DNA from: Leucoraja erinacea
Taxonomy: Eukaryota
Direction: 5' to 3'
Assembly (NCBI RefSeq): GCF_028641065.1
Contig: NC_073409.1
Span: 10,106,001 to 10,170,000 of the forward strand
Length of the DNA: 64,000 bases
Position numbers and translations under genes: made by a program. Every line of letters begins with the position of its first letter. The stretch's first letter is position 1. Positions 24,903 through 39,321 of this stretch are shown one piece after another. The notes under the pieces were generated by a model. That model made no database searches and was not told the DNA's origin. It saw only the letters and a list, made by a program, of their open reading frames with translations.

Positions 24903-26279
24903 GTAAGGCCGCCGCCTCCGGGCGTCCGGGGGCCCCGCGTGCAAACGCGTCGCTGTCCATCGGGGCGGACAGTCCAGCGATGTCCCGGGGCCGATCGCCG
25001 GCGCTGCCCCTGGATGTGAATCGCAGCCGGGCAGGGCAGGGCCTGTCTCGTCTACATGTCCAGCCTTCGCTCTTGTCCTTGCCACCCTCTCAGCCCAGGG
25101 GGCAGGGTGTTTCCCCAACAGCTTGACCCCCACCTCTCCACAGTGCGACCCTGTCCACACCGGCCACATTTGTCAACCGGTGTTATTTGAGGCGGAGGCG
25201 AGGACTTCCGAGCTCCTGACGCACTCACCGTCAATAGCGCTGTGGGTTGCGCAGGTTCTAATACAGCAATTATTGATGGATCAGGATATTGTCAAAAATT
25301 AGGAAATCAAGCATATTGATAGTGTATGTTATCAAGAGTGTTGCTCTGAGCGCAATCCTTTGCGATAAGGCCAAACTATGTGGCAATAATAGGCATTTAT
25401 CTTATAGTATATCTTTGTTTCAAATGTTAAGTACGGTACATAGAAAGAACGATTTCCGCATTTCATAATTTTTTTAAGCCAGCGTTATTGGAAATAAGCT
25501 ATTGCATTATCTATTTCTGCAATCCACAGCTCGCCAACGAAACTTCTTCATTAACACTTTTCCACCTGTAGTTTAGCAATATTTATATTTTCCACAATGG
25601 CACAATTGAAATTGATAAATGGAGTCAAAGATTAGCTATGTGAATTATCTCCATGGACTGGTGGCGGCGAGATATTATCTCGTTATTTTGATTTTTTGCC
25701 CAGACTGAGAAAAGTCTGGTTTGCATTTTCATTTTCATGGTCTTCAGTCCTGCCAACAACAAATCCATATTTGGTTTTCTTTTACACAATTAGATGACTT
25801 ATTTCGCTGGTTAAAACAATTTAACCAACTTCACTGTGTTACTCAAATTTCCTGCATTGATGCTGCAAAGTAGGTATAAATTAACAATGTTGAGTATATG
25901 TATATGTGTATATATATATATATTCAGGGCTAAGATGGAAGTTTGGAGATTTAAGGATGTTTGTGTGATAAGGAAAGAACTTGGATGAGTTAGAACATCA
26001 TTTTGAAGAATGGCAAAGAAGGCTTTCAAAAACCTGTGGCTTATTGTTTTGATTTGTAATATTGTTGTTTTAACAGTAAACAGTTTTCTTAGTTTACCTT
26101 GCTCATACCTTCCTTCCTTTATCATTTTAGAATCCTATTCCCTATTCTTTTGTTTTGTTTGGGATTTATAGAGATTGTAATTTGCATATAACCATAGAGC
26201 TGCCTGTACCATAATATAAATTAATGCAAGAAACGTTCCTCCATAGTAGAGGTAGGTAAAATTAGAGGACACATACTTA

Positions 26280-26640
26280 GTCAAAAAACAACCTGCTTGA
26301 CAAACTCTGGGCCAGACAGCATCTGTGGAAGGAATGGAAAATGATTTGGGTCAGGTCCCTTAGTAAGGGGGAAGAACACTGGAAAAGTGAGGTGGGGAGG
26401 GGCAAAGCCTGAGAAGTGATAGGTGGATACAGGTGAGGAGAGTGATGGGCAGATGAATGGACAATGGATAGATGTGAAAAGGAGACAAAAGGATATCGGA
26501 TAAAGAGGAGGGTGGTGAAAAATGTGAAGCGGGAGGGAGAAGGATATGGATGGGATGGGGAAGAGGAGTGAAAGTAGGTGGGTAAAAAGAAAATGTGGGA
26601 CTCGGGGATGGGAGATGAGGTGCCTGGATGGGCTTCCTCT
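26280..26640 (-). mobile_element. Longer degenerate member of the Penelope-like repeat family with GA-rich body
   Basis: Begins with family-like CAGCATCTGTGGAAGGAATGG...TTTGGGTCAGGTCCCTT, then a purine-rich body resembling 28035-28160. Confidence 0.45.
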
Positions 26641-27904
26641 GTCCCCACTCTGGAGTGCACACATTTCTCAACCCCGTCTCTATGCTCATTTGGAAATGGG
26701 AGCATTGTTTTTATTTAAAAAGCAAGGGTGATCATTGGAGGAAACCAACTTTAAAAACAGGCACACTAGTGAAAAGTTAGAAAAATGCGGATGTGAAAAA
26801 TGAAGTCCATACAAAACAAGAAATGAAACTAGAATTTAAAATGCAGTTTTAATTTTAAAAGAAACCTATTGACACATTGATGTTCTGTACTTTAATGCCC
26901 ATTTTTAGTTTTTATTCTATTTTATATTCTAATTTTGACTTGTTTGTTTCCTTCACCCTCTTTTGTGTTATTTTCTGCTTAATCCTTCGATTCACTTAGT
27001 GGTTGAGAACAGATTTTAGAATAATGGGACCTTTGGTCATGTGATGCAATCAATTAAAGATTTTAGTTGCACATCATTGTGATTTTTAAACAAATAAAAA
27101 CTACAAAGCACATTGAAGATGATGATTGTGTTAATATTGTTAGATTTAGATTTCGGGCATGGTGCACTGTAATTTTTAGGAGTAAATGAAGGTTTTTTTG
27201 TATCCAAGTTGAAAAGTTAAGCACAATGCTATTCAAATGTATATATTTTGAATTGAAAAAAAAACCTTCCATTTTTGTGTGGTAATGCAATAATTTATGA
27301 AATATGATACAATTTCTTGTATTTCTAATCTGATTGGCAAGATTGACTTCTAAAGTCAAATTTTAAAATAACATATTTCCACTGTGCTTTGAGACATTGC
27401 AACATTAAATCCAGAACTATTCCTTTCAAAATTTATAAGGCAGAGCAAAGATTTTAAGAGCCTTTTTAATCTATTGAAACTATTCCAATATAGAAGATTG
27501 ATAAGAAAGGTTAAGAGGGGTAATGGCCAAATGCGAGCAAACAACACAAGCTTGGATGGGGCAATTTGGTGAGATTGGCCTGTTTCTGTGCTCTGGCTCT
27601 ATGACAACTCTCAACATATAATTAAAATATCTTCAATAACGTACATGGCAATTTTAGTGTAATCAGAAAAACATTATAACTTAGCAAAACATCACAGCAA
27701 TGTGCAAAATAAGTATTCTATTGAAAGCCATAAATTATATAAATTATGAGCATTTGATGTTGCACTCATGTCATATAAATTGATTTTAAAACATTTTTCA
27801 TATAATTATACTGAAACATGTTTTGCTAGCAGTGGTTCAAAGTAGATGAACTGCAAAGAAAATAGAGATGGCTTTTTGAAAACAAAACCTTATTTTTAAA
27901 CTGT

Positions 27905-28165
27905 TTAAGAAGGAACTGCAGATGCTAGAAAATCGAAGGTACACAAAAAAGCTGGAGAAACTCAGCGGGTGCAGCAGCATCTATGGAGCGAAGGAAAAAG
28001 GCAATGTTTCGGGCCGAAACCCTTCTTCAGACTGATCGGGGGTGGGGGGAGAGAAGAAAGGAAAAACGGAGGAGGAGCCCGAAGGCTGGGGGATGGGAGG
28101 AGACAGCAGGAGGAAGGGGAGGAGACAGCAAGGACTAACAAAATTGGGACAATTCAATGTTCATT
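27905..28165 (-). mobile_element. Penelope-like/hammerhead-core repeat with GA-rich extension
   Basis: GAAGGAACTGCAGATGCT...CTCAGCGGGTGCAGCAGCATC...GTTTCGGGCCGAAACCCTTCTTCAGACT. Confidence 0.7.
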
Positions 28166-28699
28166 ATTTTTTGTTTTTTATTTCATTTATTTCAATGTTC
28201 AATGTTCACCTTATTTTTAAACCTTTGGTTTGAATATGTGAGGGGAAAGATCATTTTGGGAGAAGCATAGCAGTTGCACGTGCATGTAATTTGCAACATT
28301 TCCTTGAACTGATACAGCATGGTTGATATTCCATATAAAAGGCCTTCTCATTTGGCTGTTATTACTATACATAGAACACTGTTTCGCCATTTTCATAATA
28401 ATTCATAGCACAGAGGGAAGCAATTTAACCCACTGTTATGGTAGTAAATCCTTAATTGGATGTATTGAGTGCAGTCTTTCTCCGTGGAATTTTTTCACAT
28501 TTATAAATTCAAATTCCCTTTTAGATAAAACAAAGTATAAACTTTGGTAGTCTATAGTGGTTAAAGATTCCATTTACTAATGGTTGTTTGTGTGGGAAGA
28601 AAAACTCTTTCGATATGCCCCGATAGCCTACTGACGACAGTCCTGACATAACTGATTTACCAAGCAATTAAAAACAATTCAATCTCATGTATAATTTCA

Positions 28700-29772
28700 T
28701 AATCCTGACAGACAGGAAGCAGCATGTGAGGCTGGGAAAGCACTTCTCGGACCCGCAGACCCTCAGCTTAGGAGCACCGCAAGGCAGCGTACTCTCACCC
28801 CTCCTTTACTCTCTCTACACCAACGACTGCACCTCCACAGACTCCTCTGTCAAGCTTCTCAAGTTTGCGGATGACACAACCCTGATTGGACTGATCCAGG
28901 ATGGGGAGGAATCTGCCTACAGACAGGAAGTGACACAGCTGGCGTCCTGGTGCCTTTGTAACAACCTGGAGCTCAATGCTCCGAAGACAGTCGAATTGAT
29001 AGTAGACTTTAGGAGAGCTCCCCCCTCCCCTCCCCCCCCCCCCCCCCCCCCCCCCCCCCCACTTACCATCAATAACACCACAATCACACCTGCGGAGTCT
29101 TTTAAGTTCCTTGGAAACATCATCTCCAAGGACCTGAAATCATCGACCCCATCATCGATTCCACAGTCAAAAAGGCCCAACAAAGGATGTACTTCCTGCG
29201 GCAGCTGAGGAAACACAATCTGCCACAGGCAATGATGGTCCAATTCTATACTGTGATCGTAGAGTCTGTCCTCACCTTCTCCATCATGGTCTGGTTTGGC
29301 TCAGCCACCAAGCACAACATCCGGAGACTGCATTCGAATCGTCCGATCAGCTGAGAAGGTTGTTGGCTGCAACCTTCTCCCCATTGACGAACTGTACACT
29401 GCAAGGGCCAGGAAGTGAGCGGGTAAAATCATCTCTGACCCCTCTCACCCTGGCCACAAACTCTTTGAAGCATTTCCCTCTGAAAGGCAACTCCGGACTG
29501 TCAAAGCCGCCACAGCCAGATATAAAAACAGCTTTTTTCCATGAGTAGTAGCTCTACTCAATAACCAAATGTCTGTAGCCTCATTTTGCCCAGGTATTTT
29601 ATTTCATTCACATGTTTAAACTGTAATGTTTTATTATTAATGTTTAATGTTATATGTGTCATTCTTAATTGTTACTATATGTCGTGTTGTTACTTACGAG
29701 CAGAGCACCAAGGCAAATTCCTTGTATGTGTACATACTTGGCCAATAAACGTATTAATTAATTAATTAATTC
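28700..29772 (+). mobile_element. Rex1/Babar-like LINE, 5'-truncated (RT domain to 3' tail)
   Basis: LTDRKQHVR...GAPQGSVLSPLLYSLYTNDC...KFADDTTLIGLI...LELNAPKTVELIVDFRR. Internal poly-C expansion; tail AATAAACGT(ATTA)n. Confidence 0.9.
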
Positions 29773-30109
29773 ATTGTAACATTTTATTGGAAGTTAACCT
29801 TGTAAACTTTCATCTCAATTGAGTGAGCACATCTTGAATTAGTAACAATTATATGAAATATATGCAGGAAATTATTCATTAGAGAGCCTTTTTATATACA
29901 GCTTGGTTAATGTTCCACTGACAGTCCTGAAGTGGAATTCAAAATTTTCCTGATCTTATTGACTTTGGTACGATATTCCTGAAAATTCACTGCATGGGTA
30001 CTTAGAACACTGTTGTTTTCATTGCTTCAGGTAATTTGCAAATCTGTAATCCATATATCTTCCTTCTGACATGCTAATGTGAATGTATGTATGTTGTAAA
30101 ATATAGAAC

Positions 30110-30432
30110 AATTTACAGATACTGCATGGAAGCAGGCCCTTTGGCCCACCAAGCAAGCCTACACCACCCAATGTTCACACTAGTTCTGTTATCCCACTTT
30201 CTCATCCACTCCCCACCCACTAGGGGCAATTTATCGCGACCAATTACCCTACACACCCGTACATCTTTGGGATGTGGAAGGAACCGGAGCACCCAGAGGA
30301 AACGCATGTGGTCACAGGGAGAACACGTGCAAATTGAAAACGTGGACAGGGAGAACACATACATCACCCAAGGTCAGGATTGAACCCGGGTCTCTGGCAC
30401 TGATGCAGCAGCTCTACCAGCTGTGCCACCCC
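30110..30432 (-). mobile_element. HE1-like tRNA SINE
   Basis: Reverse-complement B box (GGATTGAACC), CTAGGGGCAATTT body and CR1-type tail GGCCCTTTGGCCC. Confidence 0.75.
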
Positions 30433-30706
30433 TAATCTTGGCTGGTTGCTGGGGATAAAGCAAAACATAGGTGACATCAAAGTTTTTGTTCCCAATTTAG
30501 TTTCATAAGGCAGTAACATGCAATTTTATAAATACCTTGAACAGATTTAAATTGGCAGCAGCATGGTATCATTTTGTTATTAATGGCATGAGATAATAGA
30601 AAGCTTAATGTTTTCCAAACTTCAATGTTAAGTATTGGAATATTTTTAAACCTTTACGTGCACAAAGCTTAAAGCTTTGTATTGCATGGTAAGTGGTATG
30701 ACTTTG

Positions 30707-31971
30707 TATATGGGTGTTTCTGTAAATTAGGGTACCAACCTGTGACATGGGTGGCCAATTTTGAAAGTATTAAATTATAACAAAATACCACAGCATTAAA
30801 AATGGGCCTACCTATGATCCTTTTGAGCTAATTTGTGATCAAAATCGACCACAATTTGAACAAAATTTGAAAAAAAAGAGAAAAAATGTATTTATAAATT
30901 AAAAAAAAAACAAAAAAAACACATAAATGAGAAAAATATATAGAAATCTTTCATCGTTTTCGATGTTAATTTACTAGAATTTTGCCCGGAACCAAAAGCA
31001 TCTGTATGGAAAGGAACATTCTTTCAACGATAATACATGGCGTTATCTGGAACCCGATTCCCTTCATTATAGTGCACACACTTTACAACACCATAGCAAC
31101 AAGCACTGAAAGTTTAACAGAATTTAAACATTTCTATAGTAAACTAGAAGCAACATTTACAGGAAAAGAACGAAAAAGTGCAAAAAGGTTTTTACTAACC
31201 AATGATTCCAAGCAAAAAAAAAAGTGAACACAATGTTCTTCTGAGCTCAGAATGCCCACGACGTGACCACTTGGACACTGTCTCTTATACTGATTTCTAA
31301 GCTCACTTGCAAAATGTCAGCACGTAACCCACCACGAGGCCCGTAGTTCAGGTCAGGGTCATTACAAACGCGTTGTTTGAATTTCTTTTTTAATCGCACC
31401 GAGTGCAAAAAAAATCTTTATATCATCGACGAGGTCAGAAAACGGGAGGGACAACAGAATTAGACCGATAAAATAGGTGAGCAAACTAGATTTTTATTTC
31501 ATGATTTTCTATTCATTATTAAGTATTTCAATGGAAAGCTTGAACACAGATTATAAACAATTAAAAAGAAACAATAAATATAAAAACAGTTACACTGCCA
31601 TTAAATCACACTTTTCACACGTGACCAAATGGGCTGCTACTCGCGTTTTGCTGCAAACATTTAGGCATCAGAAAACGATCAAATCAGGTGATGAATGATA
31701 AAAATCATGAACATAATCAGAATTTGGCTTATATAGTTATTTAATTGCAAAATTAATGTGATTCTTCTGGTATAATTTAGCCTAAGGATTTGATGAAATC
31801 CTGCTTGAAAAATGTCCTCATTATTTTGGCTATACACCATTATCTATACTACTTAAAATACAGGATATGAAACAATGGGATTATTACATTAAAAAAACAG
31901 GAAAATAACCTGGAAGTTTGGAGACCTTCATTTTCACTACTGAGTGCTGTATTTAAGGAAACACCCATATA
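30707..31971. mobile_element. Non-autonomous TIR DNA transposon (~1.26 kb)
   Basis: Termini TATATGGGTGTTTCTGTAAAT ... ATTTAAGGAAACACCCATATA form an inverted repeat with TA/TATA flanks; no transposase ORF. Confidence 0.7.
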
Positions 31972-33230
31972 ATGAAAACTCAATAGGCAGGCTTACTTGC
32001 ATTTCTCCTGTTTTAGAAGTGGCATTGTAACCTTCCCATATGGTTTACATTTTTAATAGATAAGGACATTGAAATAAAAATAATCGGAACATGTTTTATC
32101 AGACCAAAGATATTTGGACCAGAACAGTTAAAAAAAATGAATTGGGAATGGAATACATTACATTTAAAATAAAGCAATTGATTGTCTTAAAGCTTCAAAT
32201 CCAGAATTGGTAATGGTAATTGCTGGACTGTAGTTTTAGCTTGTGATTGGCCTGGATTAATTGTTTACCAGCAAGAAAGATTGTGCTGAAAGCTCCTCTT
32301 TTATTTTAAGCTGACTTTGTGTGTGCAGCTGTTTATGAACAGGGTCCTTGCCTTCTAGATAAGAGGCAGCTTGGAAAGATGGGTCACATGGTTGCCCGAA
32401 CAAAAACATCCTTCTTTTGCGGTATCATCAATTATTTATCCAAAGATTTCTTTACTAAAATTTAAATTATTCAAATGTACAAACTAAACAGTTTTAACCA
32501 GGATTATTTTAACTTCATTTCCCACAAATTTAAGAATTGGTTTGCGTTGACAGAATCTGTATTTTAAAACAAAGTCCCAAAATTAATGACCACTAATGAC
32601 ATCATTAACAAATGACCAAACAAAATAATTCTCGCATTACCCTGTATTAGGCGGAATGATTGCTGTATTGAAATCTGTTGACCACAATTTAAATTGCAAT
32701 CTTAGAAATACAAAGTACCGCATAGACTGATCCTTGCAACCCACCTGATGCATGCCAACTGTGATGCCCATCTACACAAATCCACATGCCCCCATATCGC
32801 CCTCTTCCTTTCCAAGTATCTATGCATATGCCTTTTAAATGTTGCAGTAGTATCTGCCTCCACTACCTTTCCTTTTCAGCTTCTTGTGTAAAACACTCTT
32901 CCAATGTCTTTTACATTTCTTTCCTCTCACCTTCTAGCTCGAGATACGCCAGCCCAGGGAAAAATACTTATCTTTGCCCCTTGTATATCTAGCCTATCCA
33001 ATCTCTCCTTAACTACAGTCTTTCATTCAAGGGAATGTTTTTGACAGCCTCTATTACTGATATTGTCTTCCTGTAGTATGACAACCAGAACGGTACACAA
33101 TGCCCTTAAGTGCGGCACAACCAATGTTTATACAGCTGCAACATGACATCTCAAGTCTAATATTCAATGCTCAATTGATTTTTAAATTAACATGAATATA
33201 TCTTTGTTTTGCAGTTACGTGGGCTTGAAG

Positions 33231-33290
33231 ATGTCAGAGAATTCCAGCGATAGTGAATCCTCTTGTGGTTGGACCATAATTAACCATGAA
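33231..33290 (+). CDS. CCPG1: CCPG1 coding exon 1 (LIR motif WTII); exon begins at 33215
   Basis: MSENSSDSESSCGWTIINHE|GTAAA; acceptor TTTTGCAG ending at 33214. Confidence 0.95.
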
Positions 33291-36200
33291 GTAAACTATT
33301 TTTCTCCAGTTTTATCTCTTTAACTGTATAAATAATACTTAAGCGTGTGTCAATTCGTACCTTTAAAGAACTGAACATTTTTTTAAATAAAAGGAAGAAA
33401 AACATTACAATTTTATTGCACAAAAAGGAATTTCCTCTGTGTACCAATAATGGTCTCATCATCTCGGTCTTTACTAAATAGATGTGCTATTTTAGTGCAT
33501 GCAAGTCGAAATGGAAAATATTTTCATACTGCCTTTCCAAGTTGGCCATTTTTGTCTTCATAGAGTTGGTGTTGATATTGAAGTCAGGCCAACATTTAAC
33601 TGACTAAACTTAATTATTGGTGAGAGATAATGGGTTACTTTCTTGAACCTCTGCAATCAATGTAAATAAGGTACCTCATTGTGGTATTAGGTTGTGTCCT
33701 CAAAGATTCTGATGGGTAATAATAAGGAATTGACAGTATATGATACTGATACCGGGTAGGGTTAGTATGAGGAAGGATAGGACAAGTGCTTTGAACCATG
33801 TATTTGTTATTATTGTCTGGATAATAGATGACATCTTATATTTTATACATCTTGCTGTCATGATAGGCAGAGGATGGGGGTTGTAAACATTACACATGTT
33901 GCATGAGGTGCCACTGAACCGATTGTGAAACTATTGAACCTCTTAAGTGTTGTTAGATTTGCAATTGCAGGTTAGTCAAGAATATTTTGCACTCCTGACT
34001 TGTATCTGGTCAATGATTGAAATATTAAGGAATATGATGCACTCACTGCAGGACATCCAGTCATGGTCATGATTTTTTTTTACCAACTCTCTGTAATCTC
34101 AGCCTCACTTACATCACCTTGGGAATTCAGATATTTTCTACGTTATGGCGAAATGCTTCCTCTGCCCTAATAACTGAAACTGGGATGCATTCTTGTATCC
34201 GTTGGACTGATGAAACCCTTACCCAGTGTCAGTACCTCATCACGATACCTCCAATAATTACAATGTGAAATACTTCTGCACCTCCCCTGGCTACTTATTT
34301 ATCTGTGGATCTATTTACTTCAGTTTAGTTTAATTACTGGTATTGAAACCAACATTGGAAATGGTACTACATTACCAACTGAAATTAGTAATTTCTTGTG
34401 GATATTCTGGATTCACACTAAAGAAACTTTACAAGAATTGTATGGCCAATTCTGAACTGAGGAGACAAATATGTAAGTTGGTGAGTGTCGCTGCCAATGT
34501 CTGATTGAAAATGAATACATAATTAAACTAAATGGAAGTAAAGAGATCAATAGAAATAGATAATCAGAGATTGAGATTTACAGGTTATCTATGTTCACTA
34601 GGATATCTATTTAATCTGTTGTTTCATGTCCCACATTCCCAGTTCATCTAGATCCCATTGGAATCTGAGATAGCAGCCACTGTCCACAGCATCCCTAATG
34701 TTCACAAACTTGACATCCGCCTACAATGTTGTCATCCAAATCATTAATATGGATGAAAACAACTATGGACCCAGTACTGATCCCTGAGGCACATCATTGG
34801 TCACTGATCATTAATCTGAATAGCAACACACTGTTTCTCTCTCCCCCCTGATAGACAGGCAGAGACACAACCAGACACACAACCTCTTGATTCCTTCCAC
34901 TAAGCCAAGTTTGTGAATGTCAACCATAAACATGGTTGGTGACCTCTATTTGCGATTTAGCAGACAGGCAATGCTCTGAAAGTTAAAGAATTGCAAATGC
35001 TGAAAAGTTTATTATCTTTTTGCATCCAGCATCTGTATTTCTCTGGGGGGTTTTTTCTTTCCCTGTAACCTTGAAAGTGGCCGCTGTGGATGTGGCTTCA
35101 TTCCAACAGGGCTCTGTGTGCTGTTCACAATCAATATTTGTAAACATTCCTTTGTAGAAATGTGAAGTGTCTTTGAAAATTTTCTAAACTTAATTTTTGG
35201 GCAAGTATTTTTAGCATTATTTTAACTGGGAAAAGAGGGTGAGGCATTTTTTAAAGCAGTTGGGCAGAAGTTTGATCTGTTCGGCATATCAAGACTTCTG
35301 ATGAAGGGTCGCAGACTTGAAACAATGATTGTTTCTCCTTCCATAGCTGCTGCCTGACCTGTTTCTTTTTTTTTGTTTTTTTTCTTCTCACTATTTTAGT
35401 GTTTTTGTTTCAGATTTTCAAAATGTTTGATTTTTTTCATATCAAAATGTGCGGCGGTTTATCTTATAATGCAGAAGATATATAGGCTCATCGAATTCAT
35501 GGAAGCTCTCAGCAGACCAACCCGGTCAATCTCATTTTCCCCCTCCTTTTTTTTCTGTACCCATTCGACTTTTTTTTGTATGCCCAATGAATCTTCTTTA
35601 AATCTGTTAGCACTTGCCGACATTAACGGGAAACCTACTGTAGCTAATCAACCTGCGGGTGCAATTTTCAGGGTAACCCCTTGGCCACAAACCCCACACA
35701 GATAGATAGCATCCAAGGTCAGGATTGAGCCAAGCCCCTGGAGTTGAGATAGCAAGTGTTAACCACTGCACTACTCTGCCATCTGTTTCAAACCAATCTC
35801 TCCAGCTACAGATTACACAAAATGTTGGTAAGAATCTTATGTGTATGCACTGCGATATTAAAAAAAGCTTAAACCATAAAAGATAGACACACAGCTGAGG
35901 TTGAGATGTATTGACTACAATATGCAGATGTGGAAATATTCTGAATACAACAGATTATGGTGTCCTAAAAAGCTTTTGCAAATATAAAAAAATACAATTA
36001 ATTTAGAGGAAATGAGTCACTCGTAAAATCAAACTTGCCAACCGAGGGTCCTGGTACATTTTCAATTCTGGAGCTAAATTTCCAGCTGTTCAGGCCAGTC
36101 TGCCGTGCCTAACATTTACATTCTCTGTTCTTTTGCAAACAGTTAAGCTGTGTTAATGAGGTAAGTGGGATATTACCAGATGTGAATCAGGAGGCTGTTT

Positions 36201-37873
36201 GTGCAACACAAAACAGTACGACACGGGATCAGGCCTTTCGGCCCACGATATCTATGCCGACCATGATGTCAAATTAAACTAATCCCTTCGGCCTGCACAT
36301 GATCAATTTCTCTCCATTATGCCTACTCGTGGCTATCTTAACAGTATCTTAAACACCACCACCATATCTGCTTCCATCAGCACCCCTGGCTGCTCATTCC
36401 TGATACCTGTCGTCCTGACCCCTACCTTACCTATGCTCAATTATTTCATAGATTATTCTATGATAGAACAATTTCTTTGCACAGAGGTTCTGGGGTAAAC
36501 ATTTTAAAATTACTTTGGTATGCCCTGATCATTCAATAATTTGATAGTCTTGCCCCAATCAATTATTCCGGGCACTCAGTTTATTCAATGCGTTCTGTAA
36601 AATGTTAAAGTTCTGTGATGTCTTCCAGTGAATAGAAACTAAGTTTCTTTATGTAGACTAAAACATTGATGAGGCATGAGTACATTTCATTTCATGAGTC
36701 CAGTGGTAAATAAACCTTTTTTTTCACCTAGTTTTCTTTACATATTTTTAAGATGTTCAAAAAGTTGATTAAAATAAACACTCTCGAAATTAGTTAATGT
36801 TTGTTTTTTGCTCATGTTACAAAATAAATTATATATAAAATTATACACATATTAAGACAAAAATTACCAAAAAAGATAAGAGCATTTAGGCAAGGGTGAA
36901 TTAAATTTTGTGATAGACTCAAGGGTGAATGACACTGAAATAGTTTAAGAAGCACTGGTATAAATCATCCAATATACTTTGTAGATGCAATGTTCACAGC
37001 AATTAGATTGTTCATGCTGTGTATATGCTATGGTTAAATATGATTGTGGTCAATGCTTTTAATATTGTATGTAAATCACAAATCCTCTTCATTTCACATG
37101 GCACCCATTTTTAAGTTATTTGTAGGAAATGTGTATCATTTATTATGTTGATATGCAAAAGAAATACAGGAGAAATGGGAACCACTGGGCTCTTTCACAT
37201 GATCTTTGACTCTCCAATTACCATGTTTCAGTTTGACTAGTATTTCAATCATTTGGAAAATTATGGGAAATACTGTTTATCATTTTATTTTTATTCTGGT
37301 GTATCTTTACAAATATTTTAGTAAGGAGTTTTCTTAAAGCATCCATCACACAGAATGGGGGAGTGGGATCAATTGTCCAGCAGAAGGATTGGACTGACTG
37401 AACCTCATGTTTGTGCAATTCAAATCAGAACTAAGATGATGTTTTAAATTATCTAATTATGATGAGAGAATGTTAAGAAGACTGCTGTTACTATTTTAAT
37501 GTGTTGCTTAGAAGACTAAATGCACTAAATTATTTTGTGCTGTTCATGTACTATATTTATATAGTCTGGGACTTTACTGCTGTATCTTAAAGTATGTTCA
37601 CCTTGTCGCTTAAAGAGTACAAAGTCAGATAATTGTGTGTGACGCAACTGATTCTGATTTGGTCGAGTTCTTTGACAATTTGAATATTCCCGTAATTATT
37701 GTGTAGTTAAAGATGCTCTCTTGGTAGCAGAAAATCTGAAGGCTGTGTAGGTAGAGATTTTTATGAGCATTACATTCAAGCATAGAATATGCATATCATC
37801 AAGTTAAGAGTAAACATAACTTTTGGACTTGCTTGAAGTGATACTTGATAACTGATGATCTTCCTTTGGATAG

Positions 37874-37973
37874 GGTTCTGACGTGGAGGTACTCAATTCG
37901 GACAAGGGAGATGCGGAATGCACTTTGCAGCCTTTAACAAATCAACAAGTTGACCAATCATGTGAAATACATG
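37874..37973 (+). CDS. CCPG1: CCPG1 coding exon 2 (FIR1-like SDVEVL)
   Basis: TAG|GSDVEVLNSDKGDAECTLQPLTNQQVDQSCEIH|GTAAG; 100 nt. Confidence 0.88.
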
Positions 37974-39321
37974 GTAAGCAAAATAGCCAATGGAGATTCT
38001 TTTCATTTTCTGCTAAAAAAGCATATATATGCCGGTATGTAAAGCTTATGAATGCCTAGTTTATAACTCCCACCTCCTTTCTTGAAAGTGGTGCAGTGAC
38101 TGGGGTTCAATCCCTACCCTGGGTGTTGTCTGAGTGGCGTTTGTGCGTCAATTTCCTCTCACACCCCAAAAATGTGCAGCTTGATTGACTGCTGTAAATT
38201 GTACCCGAGTGTAGGTGAGTGATAGAATCTGAAGGGCAGTGAATGAAAAATGCAATGGATTAAAATATGATTAGTGTAAAAATGGATGCCTGATGATTGG
38301 TGTGGACTCTGACTCAATGACTTCCTTGCCTTGACTTCTCCTGCATTGATACAGTTTGTGAACGTTGATAGCCATTGTCATCCTGCTCGGGTGACAGATT
38401 ACCAGTTTCACAGGCACCAACTAGGTTGTTAGAATTTTGTTGTCTTGCTAACTAGGATAAGTTAATGGTCAGAAGATGGGTCCCCACCTAATTTGTCCCT
38501 TTTGTTTTCCTCTGCAGCCACACCTTCTGACATTAGTCAAAGTTAAGACAGATTCTGAGTATTTGTTGGTTCAGTGGCTGAGATGTTAAGTTGATGACCA
38601 TTTTATTCCACTGAGCCTTGTTGCATCAGTCGAAGCTAAATGCTAGAGAAAAAAAACTGTTCAATGATCTGAAGTTTCCACTTCAAATACATGATTTTCC
38701 AGTGTAGATTTTTTTTTCCTGCCATAATGGAATCGTTAACTTGTTTGCTTTCCTTATAGAAACTTTCCCAATTTATAAGTAAAGTCCGTTCAGTTCTATT
38801 AAATGGTTAATTTCTATGCTGCTTGGATTAACTGGTTTCCCTTTAATCAGATAGAATGTGGAGTCATAGAAGCTCAATTATTTCCCTTTCCTGTTATTCG
38901 ACCGAGAATTGTTTGATTTATCAAGCACAAGATTTTCCATCTGTAGTCTGTGGAGGATCATTGACAGCAGCTTTGGGAATTTTGTACTAAACCTCAAGCT
39001 TGAAAATCTTTCCATTTTAAGGGGCAATGTTGATGGTTTTGGTGTCATTGTAATATTAAAATCTGGACCAGTAAATCAGCTGTGAGTCATTTATTATGGA
39101 TTTTCTTTAAATGTGAAAGCTAATTTGTATTTGTTGACTCTTGCTATGTATCTCTGTAATAGTGTTTTCCTGAAAACAGGCCAGATTGCTGACTCTAGTA
39201 TAGAGAAGAAATAAACATTGTTGAAATTGCAAAATCCCTGTTTCAATGACTTAATAGCTTCTTGTTCTTCATAAATTTCTCAAACTTTGCAACATTTTAT
39301 TCTCTGTAATTTGCTTTGCAG

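Larger units (their letters stand above)
24560..25250. promoter_or_regulatory. CpG island / putative bidirectional promoter of PIERCE2 and CCPG1
   Basis: Very high GC and CpG density against an AT-rich background, between two divergently oriented genes. Confidence 0.8.

Noticed and set aside
27042-27050. TGATGCAAT C/EBP-ATF (ATF4) element in CCPG1 intron 1, attractive because CCPG1 is ER-stress inducible
   Set aside because: The same 9-mer occurs elsewhere in the window (near 10947, 17729 and 21223), so it cannot be distinguished from chance without conservation or ChIP data.
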